Assembly: GCA_963754315.1 (NCBI GenBank)
Contig: CAVWFS010000007.1
Location: 608,001-672,000, forward strand
DNA from: an uncultured Candidatus Rokubacteria bacterium
Lineage (GTDB): Bacteria; Methylomirabilota; Methylomirabilia; Rokubacteriales; CSP1-6
Reading direction: 5' to 3'
DNA length: 64,000 nucleotides
Part shown: positions 26,532 through 37,536 of the stretch, one piece after another
How positions within the stretch are numbered: the first letter of the stretch is position 1
Layout of the letters: each line of letters begins with the position of its first letter
Translations under genes and position numbers: made by a program
The notes under the pieces: model-generated
Told to the model about the DNA's origin: nothing
Databases searched by the model: none
The model's input: the letters and a program-made list of their open reading frames with translations, nothing else

Positions 26532-28139
26532 GTGACCGCCGGCGCCGCCCTCGACACTCCCCTGTCGCCCGCGCGACGGTGGGCGATCACCTTCTCGGTA
26601 ATGATGGTCACCATCATGCAGGTGCTCGATACGAGCATCACCAACGTCGCTTTGCCGCACATGCAGGGCTCGCTCTCGGCCGGTGTCGAAGAGATGTCGT
26701 GGGTCATCACCTCCTACCTGGCCGCCAACGCGGTGGCCATTCCCGCCACCGGCTGGTTGTCCGCCCGCTTCGGGCGTCGGCGATTCTTCATGATCTGCAC
26801 CGTTCTCTTCACCGCCAGCTCGTTCCTCTCGGGTATCGCGCCGAATCTGGAATTCCTGATCGCCATGCGCATCTTCCAGGGACTCGGGGGCGGCCCCGTG
26901 ATTCCCATGGCCCAGGCCGTCATGTGGGAGATCTTCCCGCTCCGGCAGCGCGGGACGGCCATGGCCGTGTGGGGCGTGGGCATCATGCTGGCGCCCATCC
27001 TGGGCCCGACCTTGGGCGGCTGGATCGCCGACAACTGGTCGTGGCGCTGGATCTTCTACATCAACCTGCCCATCGGCGTGGCCGGCTTTCTGATGGTGAG
27101 CGCTTTCCTCTTCGACGCGCCCTTCGTCAAGCGTCCGGGGCGGGTGGATGCCCTGGGCCTCGTGCTGATGGTGTGTGGCTTCGGGTCTCTGCAGCTCGTG
27201 CTGGACCTCGGCGAGAAGGAGGATTGGTTCGACTCGGACCTCATCATGCTGCTGGCTGTCCTGGCCGTCTTCCTCCTGGCCGGCTTCGTCGTGCGCGAAC
27301 TGATGGCCTCGGAGCCGATTCTCGACCTCACTGTCTTCAATGATCGGAACTTCTCGCTCGGCACCCTGGCCATCGCGCTGGTCAGTTTTGGGATGAACTC
27401 GAGCATGCTCTTGGTCGCGCTGTACACCCAGAAGATGCTCGGCTATGACGCGTGGACGTCCGGCCTCGTGCTCGCCCCCGGAGGTCTCGGCACCATGATA
27501 GCGCTCATGATCTCGGGACGGCTGGTGGCGCGGATGGACCAGCGCCTCATGCTGATTGGGGGCTGCTTGCTCAGCGCAGCCGCCCTCACCCTCATGACGA
27601 ATCTGACCCTCGGCATGGACTACTGGAGCCTCGCCTTCCCGCGCTTCCTCCATGGCTTCTCCATGGGCTTCATCTTCGTGCCACTGCAGACGCTGTCCCT
27701 GGCCACCGTGCGCATCGAGCGCCTGGGCAACGCCACCGCGGCCTACAACGTCGTGCGCAACGTGGGGGGCAGTGCGGGTGTCGCCCTGGCCACGGCTCTC
27801 CTCGCCCGACGGAGCCAGCAACACCAGGCCACCCTGGCCGGCCACGTGAACGCGTGGAGTGTGGACACCACGCTGCGCCTGAAGGAGTGGACCGACCATT
27901 TCGTGAACCAGGGAGCGGATTCCTTCACCGCCACCCGCCGGGCCACCGCCATGCTCTACCGCATCATGGTCCAGCAGGCGCAGGTGCTCGCCTACATCGA
28001 CGACTTCTGGCTGCTCTCCATCACCTTCGTCGCCGTCCTGCCGCTCATCCCCTTCATGCGCCGGGTCCGTCCTGAGCAGAACGAGCGCGCCCGCCAGCGG
28101 GCGCGCCAGGACGAGCCCGCACCCTCCGCCGCCGAATGA
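26532..28139 (+). CDS. emrB: DHA2 family MFS efflux permease (EmrB/QacA-like)
   Basis: MQVLDTSITNVALP, WVITSYL, APILGPTLGG, WRWIFYINLPIG; 14-TM pattern. Confidence 0.9.
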   Translation: MTAGAALDTPLSPARRWAITFSVMMVTIMQVLDTSITNVALPHMQGSLSAGVEEMSWVITSYLAANAVAIPATGWLSARFGRRRFFMICTVLFTASSFLSGIAPNLEFLIAMRIFQGLGGGPVIPMAQAVMWEIFPLRQRGTAMAVWGVGIMLAPILGPTLGGWIADNWSWRWIFYINLPIGVAGFLMVSAFLFDAPFVKRPGRVDALGLVLMVCGFGSLQLVLDLGEKEDWFDSDLIMLLAVLAVFLLAGFVVRELMASEPILDLTVFNDRNFSLGTLAIALVSFGMNSSMLLVALYTQKMLGYDAWTSGLVLAPGGLGTMIALMISGRLVARMDQRLMLIGGCLLSAAALTLMTNLTLGMDYWSLAFPRFLHGFSMGFIFVPLQTLSLATVRIERLGNATAAYNVVRNVGGSAGVALATALLARRSQQHQATLAGHVNAWSVDTTLRLKEWTDHFVNQGADSFTATRRATAMLYRIMVQQAQVLAYIDDFWLLSITFVAVLPLIPFMRRVRPEQNERARQRARQDEPAPSAAE

Positions 28140-28171
28140 GCGCTCGCACCGACGACCAAGAGGACCTGCAC

Positions 28172-28201
28172 TTGACGGGCTCGTACGACCCTCACTACGC
28201 T
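28172..28201 (+). promoter_or_regulatory. Putative sigma70 promoter, probably giving a leaderless transcript
   Basis: TTGACG-N18-TACGCT ending 8 nt before ATG 28210, with no SD. Confidence 0.5.
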
Positions 28202-28209
28202 GTCGACTC

Positions 28210-28884
28210 ATGAGTGACCGACAGCTCGACACGGTCGAGGTGGAGACGGCGCCCGCCCCTCGGGCCGCCATTGTCTGGATGCACGGTCTCGGCGCCGATG
28301 GCCACGATTTTGAGCCGGTGGTGCCGGAACTCGATCTGCCGTCCTCGCTGCCCGTCCGCTTCGTGTTTCCCCATGCGCCGAGGCAGCCCGTCACCATCAA
28401 CGGCGGCTACGTTATGCGAGCCTGGTACGACGTCTTCGACGACCGCGGTGTCCGGCGTGAGGACGAGCCTGGTGTCCGGTCCTCGCAGGGGCGCATCGAG
28501 GCGCTGATCGCGCGGGAGAGGGGACGGGGGATTGCCTCCTCGCGGATCGTCCTGGCCGGCTTCTCCCAGGGAGGGGCTATGGCCTTGCAGACGGGATTGC
28601 GCCACGGAGAGCGCTTGGCGGGCATCATGGCCCTCTCCTGCTTCCTGCCCCTGGCCGGATCAGTGGCGACCGAGGCGAGCCCGGCCAATCGTGCCGTCCC
28701 CATCTTTATGGCCCATGGCACCCAGGATCCTCTCATCCCCCTCGCTCGGGGCCGGGAGGCCTGTACCCTGCTCCAGGCGAACGGCTACCGGATCGAATGG
28801 CACGAGTACCCGATGCCGCACTCCGTGTGCGCAGAAGAGATTCGCGATATCGGAGTGTGGTTGCGCGCAGTACTCCAGGACTGA
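28210..28884 (+). CDS. Carboxylesterase/phospholipase (alpha/beta hydrolase)
   Basis: WMHGLGADGHDF, GFSQGG nucleophile elbow, HGTQD, YPMPHSV. Confidence 0.92.
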   Translation: MSDRQLDTVEVETAPAPRAAIVWMHGLGADGHDFEPVVPELDLPSSLPVRFVFPHAPRQPVTINGGYVMRAWYDVFDDRGVRREDEPGVRSSQGRIEALIARERGRGIASSRIVLAGFSQGGAMALQTGLRHGERLAGIMALSCFLPLAGSVATEASPANRAVPIFMAHGTQDPLIPLARGREACTLLQANGYRIEWHEYPMPHSVCAEEIRDIGVWLRAVLQD

Positions 28885-28947
28885 GGCGGTCCCTCCCTGG
28901 CGCCCATCGTTGGGGGAGGGTGCGAAGGTGGTGCTACGATCAAGAGG

Positions 28948-30630
28948 ATGAGCGAGACACCACGGACTCCTAATTTCATCCGCGCCGTCGTGGCCGACGA
29001 CACGCGCACGAATCGTTGGGGTGGCCAGGTCGTTACCCGCTTTCCGCCCGAACCGAATGGCTACCTCCACATCGGTCATGCCAAGTCGATCTGCCTCAAC
29101 TTCGGCCTGGCCGCCGAGTTTGCGGGGCGCTGTCACCTGCGTTTTGACGACACCAACCCTACCAAGGAGAGCGTGGAGTACGTCGATTCCATCAAGGCCG
29201 ACGTGCGCTGGCTCGGCTTCGACTGGAACGAGCATCTCTACTTCGCGTCCGATTACTTCGAGCAGCTCGCCCGGTGGGCCGTGCAGCTCATCGAGGCGGG
29301 ACGGGCGTACGTCGACGATCTCAGCCTGGAAGAGATGCGCGAGTATCGCGGTACCCTGACCGAGCCCGGGCGAGAGAGCCCCTATCGCAGCCGCTCGGTG
29401 GAGGTGAACCTCGATCTCTTCCGGCGCATGCGGGCGGGAGAGTTCGAGGACGGCAGCAGGACCCTCCGCGCCAAGATCGACATGGCCTCGCCCAACCTGA
29501 ACCTGCGCGATCCGGTGATGTACCGGATCCGGCGTACGTCCCACCACCGTACGGGTGATGCCTGGTCCATCTATCCCATGTACGACTGGGCGCACGGCCA
29601 GAGCGACTCACTGGAAGGCGTCACCCACTCCATCTGTACCCTGGAGTACGAGGACCATCGTCCGCTCTACGACTGGTACCTCGACGCGCTGGGGATCTAT
29701 CACCCGCAGCAGATCGAGTTCGCCCGCCTGAATCTCAGTCATACCGTGCTGAGTAAGCGCAAGCTCCTCGAGTTGGTGGACAGCGGCCTGGTGAGCGGCT
29801 GGGACGATCCGCGCATGCCGACCATCGCCGGACTTCGGCGCCGCGGCTACACGCCCGAGGCTATCCGCGACTTCTGCGAGCGGATTGGGGTCGCCAAAGC
29901 CGACAGCGTGGTAGACGTGGGGCTGCTCGAGCACTGCCTGCGCGAGGACCTCAACCGGCGCGCGCCGCGGGCGATGGCGGTGTTGCGGCCTCTACGCCTG
30001 GTGCTCGACAACTACCCGGAAGACCAGGTCGAAGAGCTGGAGGCGGTGAACAATCCCGAGGACCCAGGAGCCGGGACGCGCCGGGTTCCGTTCTCGCGCG
30101 TCCTCTACATCGAAGGGGAGGATTTTCGGGAAAACCCGCCCAGGAAGTACTTTCGCCTGTCTCCGGGCGCCGAGGTCCGCCTACGCTACGCGTATTTTGT
30201 ACGATGCACACGCGTGGTCAAAGACCCACTCACGGGAGAGATCGTGGAGCTGCACGGAACCTATGACCCGAGCACGCGCGGGGGAGACGCCCCCGATGGC
30301 CGAAAGGTGAAGGGGACCATCCACTGGGTGTCGGCGCCCCACGCCGTCGACGCTGAGGTGCGGCTGTACGATCACCTCTTCCTCAAGTCGCGCCCCGACG
30401 AGGAGGACGACTGGAAAGTCGCCCTCAATCCGAACTCTCTCGAGCGGCTTGTCGGATGCAAGCTGGAGCCGGCCCTCGCCGGCGCCAAGCCCGGTACGCG
30501 ATACCAGTTCGAACGCAACGGCTATTTCTGCGTGGATTCTGTCGACTCCTCCTCCACGCACCTCGTCTTCAACCGCACGGTTTCGCTCCGTGACTCCTGG
30601 GCCAAGATCGAGAAAAGCGAGCAGGCTTGA
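28948..30630 (+). CDS. glnS: Glutaminyl-tRNA synthetase
   Basis: [58 protein letters not shown]. Confidence 0.97.
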   Translation: MSETPRTPNFIRAVVADDTRTNRWGGQVVTRFPPEPNGYLHIGHAKSICLNFGLAAEFAGRCHLRFDDTNPTKESVEYVDSIKADVRWLGFDWNEHLYFASDYFEQLARWAVQLIEAGRAYVDDLSLEEMREYRGTLTEPGRESPYRSRSVEVNLDLFRRMRAGEFEDGSRTLRAKIDMASPNLNLRDPVMYRIRRTSHHRTGDAWSIYPMYDWAHGQSDSLEGVTHSICTLEYEDHRPLYDWYLDALGIYHPQQIEFARLNLSHTVLSKRKLLELVDSGLVSGWDDPRMPTIAGLRRRGYTPEAIRDFCERIGVAKADSVVDVGLLEHCLREDLNRRAPRAMAVLRPLRLVLDNYPEDQVEELEAVNNPEDPGAGTRRVPFSRVLYIEGEDFRENPPRKYFRLSPGAEVRLRYAYFVRCTRVVKDPLTGEIVELHGTYDPSTRGGDAPDGRKVKGTIHWVSAPHAVDAEVRLYDHLFLKSRPDEEDDWKVALNPNSLERLVGCKLEPALAGAKPGTRYQFERNGYFCVDSVDSSSTHLVFNRTVSLRDSWAKIEKSEQA

Positions 30631-30674
30631 GCTTGAGAGCGTGGCGACGAGGGAGCGTCGGGGCCGCCGGGCGG

Positions 30675-30708
30675 TGGCGCGCTTGGGGCGGACCGTTCGA
30701 GGCCCCCG
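30675..30708 (-). repeat. Degenerate copy of the intergenic hairpin repeat
   Basis: Minus strand reads GGGGGCCTCGAACGGTCCGCCCCAAGCG, a few nt after the pqiC stop. Confidence 0.5.
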
Positions 30709-30711
30709 GGA

Positions 30712-31308
30712 TCACAATGCGCGCGACTTGATCTCGGCCGCGATGTCCTGACTGAGCCGCGCGAGCAGGCGGCTCTGAGCGGAAACGAGGGCACCGTACG
30801 TTCCATCGCTGGCGGGTTCGCTCAGGTTGACAGCCCGCAGCACGAGTTCCTTCCCGACTCCATCGAGCAGTCGCCAGCGCGCACTGAGAATGAGGGGCCC
30901 CCCCAGCGGTCCATCGAATCGCATAATCTCCATGGCGACCCGGTATTGGATCGCCCACGGAGTCTTCCAGGGATAGACCGCGATGGCATCGGTCGGGATC
31001 ATGCCGGCAAGGTTCTCGGCAACCACCCGCGCCACGCCATCCTTGAGTGATTCCGCCCACCGATGGTCCTCGGAGAGCCGCACCTCGTCGCCCGCCGCGC
31101 GGACCACGATGGCTGCCCGATCGAGGTAGCCCGGAATCGTCACGGGGCCCACGCCCACTACGGGTCCCCGCCCCGCCGCGGGCAGAGCAGAGGGCTGGCT
31201 GGTGCCAGCACGTAGGCGTGCGGTAGCGGGGACCGCAAGGAGCAGCCGGCCGCGCCCCACAAGGCCAGGAGCGTGAAGACGGTGTAGAGAGGTGGGTCGG
31301 AGCCTCAT
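30712..31308 (-). CDS. pqiC: PqiC-family ABC transport auxiliary lipoprotein (N-terminus probably affected by indels)
   Basis: VGVGPVTIPGYLDR, HRWAESL, RFDG, LSARW. A lipoprotein signal (LLALWGAAGC...YVL) lies in an alternative frame at about 31289-31200. Confidence 0.8.
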   Translation of the reverse strand: MRLRPTSLHRLHAPGLVGRGRLLLAVPATARLRAGTSQPSALPAAGRGPVVGVGPVTIPGYLDRAAIVVRAAGDEVRLSEDHRWAESLKDGVARVVAENLAGMIPTDAIAVYPWKTPWAIQYRVAMEIMRFDGPLGGPLILSARWRLLDGVGKELVLRAVNLSEPASDGTYGALVSAQSRLLARLSQDIAAEIKSRAL

Positions 31309-32435
31309 CAGTCCTTGCGCCCTCCTCGGCCGAAGATCAGCACGTTCGGTTGGCGATCGAGCTCGTCGGTGAGCGCCCGCAGGCCGCGGGCCATCCGCGT
31401 CAGCTCCTCGAGCATCTCTCCGAGCTGATACCCGAGCGGCGAGTTCCCGTCGAGGACACCGTCCACCTGACCGGCCGTGGATTGGAGCTTCTCGAGCGTG
31501 GCGCGAGCACTGTCGGACGTGCCCTGCAGCGAGGTGACCAGCGGGCGAAGCTGCTCGTTGAGATCCCGGATGACGCGCTGGCCGTCTACCATGAGGGTCC
31601 GGGCGGCATCGGACGTAGCGCTGACGTTGGTCACGAGCGGGCCCACCTGACCGTCGACATTCAAGACCAGCTTGCTGACGTCGCGCCCCACCTCATCGAG
31701 GGTTCGCTTACTCTGTTCGAGGGTCGCCTGCAAGGCGACTGCGGTGGGTCCAATCTTGGAATCGAGGTTGCGCACGAGCCCCTGAGCTTCGGCCAGGGTA
31801 ACCTCCACGGCCCGCAGGGCCTTCTTCACCTCCCCCGACTGGACGAACTTATCGATGCCGTCAAGCGTCCGCGCGGCCGAGATCACGATCTCCTTCAGGG
31901 GAAGTTGCTCGATCTCGGCCACTACTTTCTTGAGCGTCTCCTGAAATTGAGCGAGCGTGGTGGGAAGGGTCGGGATCTCGCAGTCTTCGTTGTCGACGCC
32001 CGTCAGGTGCAATGGAGCGTCCGGGTAGTAATCGAGACCGACGTAGAGCTGGCCCGTGATGAGGCTCTGCACCTGCAACTGCGCCCGCAGTCCACGGTCT
32101 CGAACCCTCGAACGGATCGTCTCGATGACCCCGTACTTGGTCATCGTACCTCGAGGCCGATCGGCGATGCGCCAGGGGTCGAGCGTCACATAGACGGCGA
32201 TCAGGCTGGTGACCGCCCTGAGCTGAATGTGAGTGACCGTGCCCAGTGGCACGCCTCGAAAGGCCACCGGCGCTCCCACAGTGAGGCCCGCCACGCTACC
32301 GTCGAACGCCATCACGCAGGTCACGGGACGGGTGAACCACGCTCGCCCCCCGAGGGCGAGGATCCCTATCACGGCAATGGCTAGCGCTCCCAGCACGAAG
32401 GCGCCGATCGTGGTCGGATTGACTCGTTTGCTCAT
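31308..32435 (-). CDS. mlaD: MCE/MlaD (PqiB-like) substrate-binding protein
   Basis: IGAFVLGA, FDGSVAGLTVGAPVAFRGV, GLRAQLQVQSLITG, helical C-terminus ending PNVLIFG. Confidence 0.88.
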   Translation of the reverse strand: MSKRVNPTTIGAFVLGALAIAVIGILALGGRAWFTRPVTCVMAFDGSVAGLTVGAPVAFRGVPLGTVTHIQLRAVTSLIAVYVTLDPWRIADRPRGTMTKYGVIETIRSRVRDRGLRAQLQVQSLITGQLYVGLDYYPDAPLHLTGVDNEDCEIPTLPTTLAQFQETLKKVVAEIEQLPLKEIVISAARTLDGIDKFVQSGEVKKALRAVEVTLAEAQGLVRNLDSKIGPTAVALQATLEQSKRTLDEVGRDVSKLVLNVDGQVGPLVTNVSATSDAARTLMVDGQRVIRDLNEQLRPLVTSLQGTSDSARATLEKLQSTAGQVDGVLDGNSPLGYQLGEMLEELTRMARGLRALTDELDRQPNVLIFGRGGRKD

Positions 32436-32454
32436 TCGAGCTCCCTGCTCTCCT

Positions 32455-33243
32455 TCATGACGAGACCGTCACCCCCTGGCCGCGGGTAAGAAAGGCCCGG
32501 ACGGTGGGATTGGTCGTCTCGGCCAGCAAAGTCTTGGGATTGCCTCGGGCAATCATGGTCCGCGCCTGGGCGTCCAGGAACACCGAATCGTCGGCGATGG
32601 CAAAGATGCTGGCCAGCTCGTGGGTCACCACCACCACCGTGCAGGCAAGGCTGTCGCGCAGCTCGAGGATGAGGTCGTCGAGCAGACGCGAGCTGATGGG
32701 ATCGAGCCCCGCCGAGGGCTCGTCCAGGAACAGGATGTCGGGATCGAGCGCCATCGCCCGGGCCAGGCCCGCTCGTTTCTGCATCCCGCCGCTGATCTGC
32801 GAGGGGTAAAAATCCTCGAACCCGGCCAGGCCGACCAGAGCCAGCTTGAGGGCAGCCACCTCCCGGACCTGGGCGGGGGTCAGCTCGGTGAACTCACCGA
32901 GCGGCAGGCCCACGTTCTCGCTCAGGGTCATGGAGCTCCACAAGGCGCCGCTCTGGTACAGCACCCCGAAGCGTCGCGTCAGCCCCGCGCGGGCGACATC
33001 GTCGGCCTGCCAGAGGCTCTGGCCCCCGAAGATCACATCACCTTGCAGAGGCGGCAGCAGGCCGATCATGACGCGCAATACCGAGCTTTTCCCGCAGCCG
33101 CTTCCGCCCATCACCACGAAGATCTTGCCTCGTTCTACCTCGAAGTCGAGGTTACGCTGGACGACGAAGCTGCCGTAGCCGACGTCCACGGCGCGGACCC
33201 CGATGGCGGGCGCCGCCACCGTCGTCTCAGATACCGAGGGCAT
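32455..33243 (-). CDS. mlaF: ABC transporter ATP-binding protein (MlaF-like)
   Basis: GGSGCGKS, ISGGMQKRAGLARA, FLDEPSAGLDP, VTHEL. Confidence 0.9.
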   Translation of the reverse strand: MPSVSETTVAAPAIGVRAVDVGYGSFVVQRNLDFEVERGKIFVVMGGSGCGKSSVLRVMIGLLPPLQGDVIFGGQSLWQADDVARAGLTRRFGVLYQSGALWSSMTLSENVGLPLGEFTELTPAQVREVAALKLALVGLAGFEDFYPSQISGGMQKRAGLARAMALDPDILFLDEPSAGLDPISSRLLDDLILELRDSLACTVVVVTHELASIFAIADDSVFLDAQARTMIARGNPKTLLAETTNPTVRAFLTRGQGVTVSS

Positions 33244-34375
33244 CGAGGACCACCGCGAAGATCCCTTCCACCACGACGATCAGGACGATCGAGGTGACCA
33301 CCGCCGAGGTCGTGGCCAGACCGACAGCGGCGGCGCTGCGACCGCACTGCATGCCGCGCAAGCAGCCGGAGAGGGCAACCAGGATCCCGAACACGGAACC
33401 CTTGACCACTCCCAAGAAGAAATTGGTCAAGGTCAACGCTTCCTGCGTCCGTTCGAGATACTGGACCGCACCGAGATCGAGCATGGTGACCCCGACGAAC
33501 GTGCCGCCGAGGATGGCCATAAGGTCGGCGTACAGGGTGAGCAGCGGCATCATCACGATCAAGGCGAGCATGCGCGGCAGGACGAGGAAATCCATGGGCG
33601 GGATGCCCATGGTGACCAGCGCGTCGATCTCCTCGTTGACCCGCATGGTGCCGAGCTGAGCGGCGAAGGCAGCGCCCGTCCGGCCGGCCATGATGATCGC
33701 GGTCATCAGACAGCCCATCTCGCGTGTGGTGCCGATCGCCACCAGATCGGCCACGTAGATCTGGGCACCAAAGGTGCGAAGCTGGACCGCCCCCATGAAG
33801 GCCAGGATGAGCCCGACCAGGAAGCTGATCAGGGTCACGATGGGCAACGCCTTGGGTCCGCAATCCTCGATCACCGAGAAGAGATCGCCCCACCGGAAGG
33901 TTGCCGTGCCGCGGACGAAACGACCGAGAGCCAGGGTCGCCTCGCCGATGAAACGGACGAAGGCCAGGCCGCCGGAGGCCAGGGCGATCGTGTACTCACC
34001 GACCCGAGCGACCCACGACGGCGGCGCCACGGTGGAGCCCGTTTTCTTCTCGGGCACGGCCAGGGCCAGGGCGATCAGCCGGTTCACGCCGTTCGGCAGC
34101 CCCTCGCGTTCCGCGGCGATCCCCTGCGCCTGACAGTGGCGCAAGATCTTCATGACAAAGGAGACGAGGCCAGTGTCCCAGGTGGCCACGCCTTGAGTGT
34201 CGAACGTGACGCGCTCTACTCCCGGCGTCGCGCCAAGAGCACGCTCGAAGTCGTCGATCGAGGGAAGCCGGTCCTGCAGGCGCCAGTGTCCCGCGAGGGA
34301 CACCTCGAGGGTGCCGGCAGACGGCCTGTTGAACTGAAGTTCCCAGCCGGTACGGGCAGGACTGGACACAGCCAC
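33227..34375 (-). CDS. mlaE: MlaE-family ABC permease with an N-terminal STAS-like domain
   Basis: REMGCLMTAIIMAGRTGAAFAAQLGTMRVNEEIDAL; VGLATTSAVV. Confidence 0.9.
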   Translation of the reverse strand: MAVSSPARTGWELQFNRPSAGTLEVSLAGHWRLQDRLPSIDDFERALGATPGVERVTFDTQGVATWDTGLVSFVMKILRHCQAQGIAAEREGLPNGVNRLIALALAVPEKKTGSTVAPPSWVARVGEYTIALASGGLAFVRFIGEATLALGRFVRGTATFRWGDLFSVIEDCGPKALPIVTLISFLVGLILAFMGAVQLRTFGAQIYVADLVAIGTTREMGCLMTAIIMAGRTGAAFAAQLGTMRVNEEIDALVTMGIPPMDFLVLPRMLALIVMMPLLTLYADLMAILGGTFVGVTMLDLGAVQYLERTQEALTLTNFFLGVVKGSVFGILVALSGCLRGMQCGRSAAAVGLATTSAVVTSIVLIVVVEGIFAVVLDALGI

Positions 34376-34444
34376 AGTCCTACGAATAGCATGATGCCCG
34401 GCCCAGGGTGGCCGTTTTCATTGACCGAAAGCCGCCGGTTCACC

Positions 34445-35790
34445 ATGCGATTCGCCTCTTGCGTCTGCCTGGTGTTTGCACTGATCCATCTGACCTCCGC
34501 CATCGGCGAATCGGCGGCCAGCCCCGAACATCCTTCGTTCGGCCCGCTGCTCTTTTCTGTTGCCGTCTTGGTTCTGGCCGCCAAGGCCGGGGGGTGCTGG
34601 CGGAGCGTCTCGGACAGCCTCCGGTACTCGGTGAGCTGCTGGCTGGGGTCGGGCTCGGCAACCTCGCCCTGGTTCTGCCGGGTGTGCAGATGTTCGCCAA
34701 CGCGCGCTCCGATTACACCCTGGCCTTTCTGTCCGAGGTCGGCGTGCTGATGCTGCTTTTCGACGTCGGTCTCGAGATCAATCTGAAGGCCTTGCTGCGC
34801 GTGGGCCCATCCGCGGTGCTGGTTGCCCTCGTCGGCGTGGCGACGCCCATCACGCTCGGGTGGCTCGCCTCCGCCTGGCTCCAGCCCGATCAGCCCTCTC
34901 TCGTGCATCTCTTCGTCGGCGCCACGTTGTCAGCCACCAGTGTCGGCATCACGGCGCGTGTTCTGAAGGATCTGCAGGTCACCCAGACGCGCGAGAGCCA
35001 GATCGTCCTCGGCGCGGCGATTCTCGACGACGTCCTGGGTCTGATCGTCTTGGCCGTGGTGAGCGGGATGGTCACGGCCAGCGCGACCACCACGGGCGGC
35101 GCCGTGCTCGCATCAGTGGTCGGGATCATCCTGCGGGCCGCCGTCTTCCTCGGCGGGGCCGCCGTTCTCGGCCACTATCTGTCAGGGCCGCTGGTACGGC
35201 TCACGATGCGCACCGGACACCCGGACGAAACCTTGCTCGTGGGCGGGATCGCTCTGTGTTTCACCTTCGCGTTTCTCGCCGAGCGCATTGGCCTCGCCGC
35301 CATCATCGGCGCCTTTGCAGCAGGGGTCCTCATCGATCCTTACGGGCGAGGGGTCCGTACCCAGCGCGAGGCCGCCACCTTACGAGAGCTCCTGCACCCG
35401 CTGTCCAGCATCCTGGTACCGCTATTCTTCGTGCTCATGGGAATGCGGGTCGATCTCGGCACCCTGGCCCAACCATCCGTCCTCGGGTTGGCCGTGGTGC
35501 TCGTGGTGTGCGCCATCGCGAGCAAGCTGGTCTGTGGGCTGGGCGCCCTCGGCCCGAACGTCAACCGGCTCGCCGTGGGCTTCGGCATGTTGCCGCGCGG
35601 TGAGGTGGGCCTCATCTTCGCGGGCATCGGAGCCTCCCTGGAGCTCGATGGTCAGCCGATTCTCTCGCCGAGCCTGTTCTCGGCCATCGTCCTGGTGGTC
35701 CTGGTGACGACCCTGCTCGCGCCGGCCGGCCTGCGGGTCGTGTTCGCACGCCACAGGCCTGTGCCCATTCACGAGAGCACCGGGACATGA
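34445..35790 (+). CDS. CPA2 cation:proton antiporter (NapA-like) with a frameshift in the G6 run at 34589-34594
   Basis: QPPVLGELLAG, ATSVGIT, AAILDDVLG, GMLPRGEVG. The N-terminal TM (LLFSVAVLVLAAKAGG) is in another frame starting at ATG 34445. Confidence 0.88.
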
Positions 35791-35818
35791 CCTCGCTCAT
35801 CGAAGAAAAGGAGATCGT

Positions 35819-36718
35819 ATGACAGGCAAGGGTGACGTCGGCTTCATCGGCCTCGGCCGCATGGGAGGGCCGATGGCTCGCAACCTCGCGCAGTCGGGCT
35901 ACTCCGTCCACGTGTTCGACGTGGATCCCGCGGCGACGACCCGTGCCGCAAGCCAGGCTGGAATCATCGTGCAGGCGGCGGCCTGCGAGGTCGCCGCCCG
36001 CGTTCCCGTCCTCTTCACCGCCCTGCCCAACGACGCGATCGTGACCGAGACGTATCTCGGGGACCGCGGCATCCTCGCCGGGGGCAAGGCCGGTCTTGTG
36101 ACCTGCGACTGCTCGACGGTCAGCCCCGAGGTCACGCAGCGCATTCACGCGGAGGCGCAAGGCAAGGGCATTGCGCATCTCGACACCCCCATGCTGGGCT
36201 CCAGTCCCCAGGCGGAGAGCGGCGAGGTGTTCTTCATGGTGGGAGGCAATCTCGACGGTCTGCGCGTGGTTCAGCCCCTGCTCGACGTCATCGGGCGGCT
36301 CACCATGCATGTGGGTGCCTCCGGGATGGGCAACCGTATCAAGCTCCTTCACAACGCCCTGGGCGCCGTCAATGCGGTCGCGGTGGCGGAGTCGCTCGCT
36401 CTCTGCGTCCGGCTTGGCGTGGACCCGCACACCTACTACAACGTCGTCTGTCAAGGTGGAGGACAAGCTTACTCGCGCTACTTCGAGAGCCGAGCCTTAC
36501 GTGTGATCGAGGGAAACTACACGCCTACGTTCACCGTCGACCTCATGCACAAGGACGTCACCCTGGCCGCCCGCATGGCTGGCGCCAGCCTTGCCGACAT
36601 GCCCATCCTTCGCGAGACCTTGACGGCCTACACCGAGGCCAGAGACTCCGGCTGGGGGGCAGAGGATTTCTCGGGCGTCACGCACGTTGTCGAGGCGCGC
36701 TTCCGGCGACGGGCGTAG
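35819..36718 (+). CDS. Beta-hydroxyacid dehydrogenase (3-hydroxyisobutyrate dehydrogenase/tartronate semialdehyde reductase family)
   Basis: GFIGLGRMGGPMARNL, DCSTVSP, LDTPMLGS, KLLHN, MHKD. SD AAGGAG. Confidence 0.9.
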   Translation: MTGKGDVGFIGLGRMGGPMARNLAQSGYSVHVFDVDPAATTRAASQAGIIVQAAACEVAARVPVLFTALPNDAIVTETYLGDRGILAGGKAGLVTCDCSTVSPEVTQRIHAEAQGKGIAHLDTPMLGSSPQAESGEVFFMVGGNLDGLRVVQPLLDVIGRLTMHVGASGMGNRIKLLHNALGAVNAVAVAESLALCVRLGVDPHTYYNVVCQGGGQAYSRYFESRALRVIEGNYTPTFTVDLMHKDVTLAARMAGASLADMPILRETLTAYTEARDSGWGAEDFSGVTHVVEARFRRRA

Positions 36719-36773
36719 TTGACCCTGGTGTACACTACGCGAGGCCAGACGTCCTGCTCGGCCCCCTGCGACG

Positions 36774-37514
36774 ATGCCGACATCACGCGACCTCGAGCCC
36801 CCCGCCCCCGCCCGGGTTCTGAGTGTTCACGCTCACCCGGACGACCAAGAGTTCACCGTGAGCGGCACCCTGGCCAAGTGGGCGCGCGCGGGAAGCACGA
36901 TCATCACCGTCTGCATCACGAGTGGTGGGGCAGGCTCGAATGAGTTCACCCCGGCCGAGATCACCCGCGAAACCCTCGTCCCCATCCGCGAGCAAGAACA
37001 GCGTAACGCCTGCCGGGTCCTCGGCATCGAGGAGGTCGTGTTCTTGCCCTACGAGGACGGGGTCCTGGAACCGTCGATCGCCTTGCGGCGGGACCTGACC
37101 CGTGTCATTCGCCGTTATCGACCCGACGCGGTCATCTGCGGTGACCCCACCATGCGCTACTACGGCAACAGCTACTTGAACCATCCGGACCACCGGGTGG
37201 CGGCCGACGTCACCCTCGACGCCGTCTACCCATCGGCCGGCACGCGACTGATCTTTCCGGAACTGCTCGCCGAGGGGCTCCTGCCGCACCACGTGAAGCG
37301 GGTGTTCATCCACGGCGTCCGTCGTGCCGATACCTTCGTGGACATCTCGGACGTGCTCCCGCTGAAACTGGCCGCCCTCAAGGAGCATAAGAGCCAGCTC
37401 GGGACCTGGGACCCCACGGAGATGGTTACCGACTGGGCCCGCGAACAGGGGGCACGGCGCGGGCTGGCCGCCGCCGAGGCGTTTCGGCAGATGCGGCTGA
37501 ACGACGACGCGTAG
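36774..37514 (+). CDS. PIG-L/LmbE family N-deacetylase
   Basis: HAHPDDQE, REQE, NHPDH, HKSQ, AEAF. Confidence 0.9.
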   Translation: MPTSRDLEPPAPARVLSVHAHPDDQEFTVSGTLAKWARAGSTIITVCITSGGAGSNEFTPAEITRETLVPIREQEQRNACRVLGIEEVVFLPYEDGVLEPSIALRRDLTRVIRRYRPDAVICGDPTMRYYGNSYLNHPDHRVAADVTLDAVYPSAGTRLIFPELLAEGLLPHHVKRVFIHGVRRADTFVDISDVLPLKLAALKEHKSQLGTWDPTEMVTDWAREQGARRGLAAAEAFRQMRLNDDA

Positions 37515-37536
37515 CAGTCGCCGATCGCACTGACTC

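Noticed and set aside
26160..28400. Long antisense or alternative-frame ORFs (e.g. 746 aa here, also 1927-3780, 33203-34750, 46649-48544)
   Set aside because: These are shadow ORFs expected in high-GC DNA opposite well-supported genes, with no recognisable motifs.
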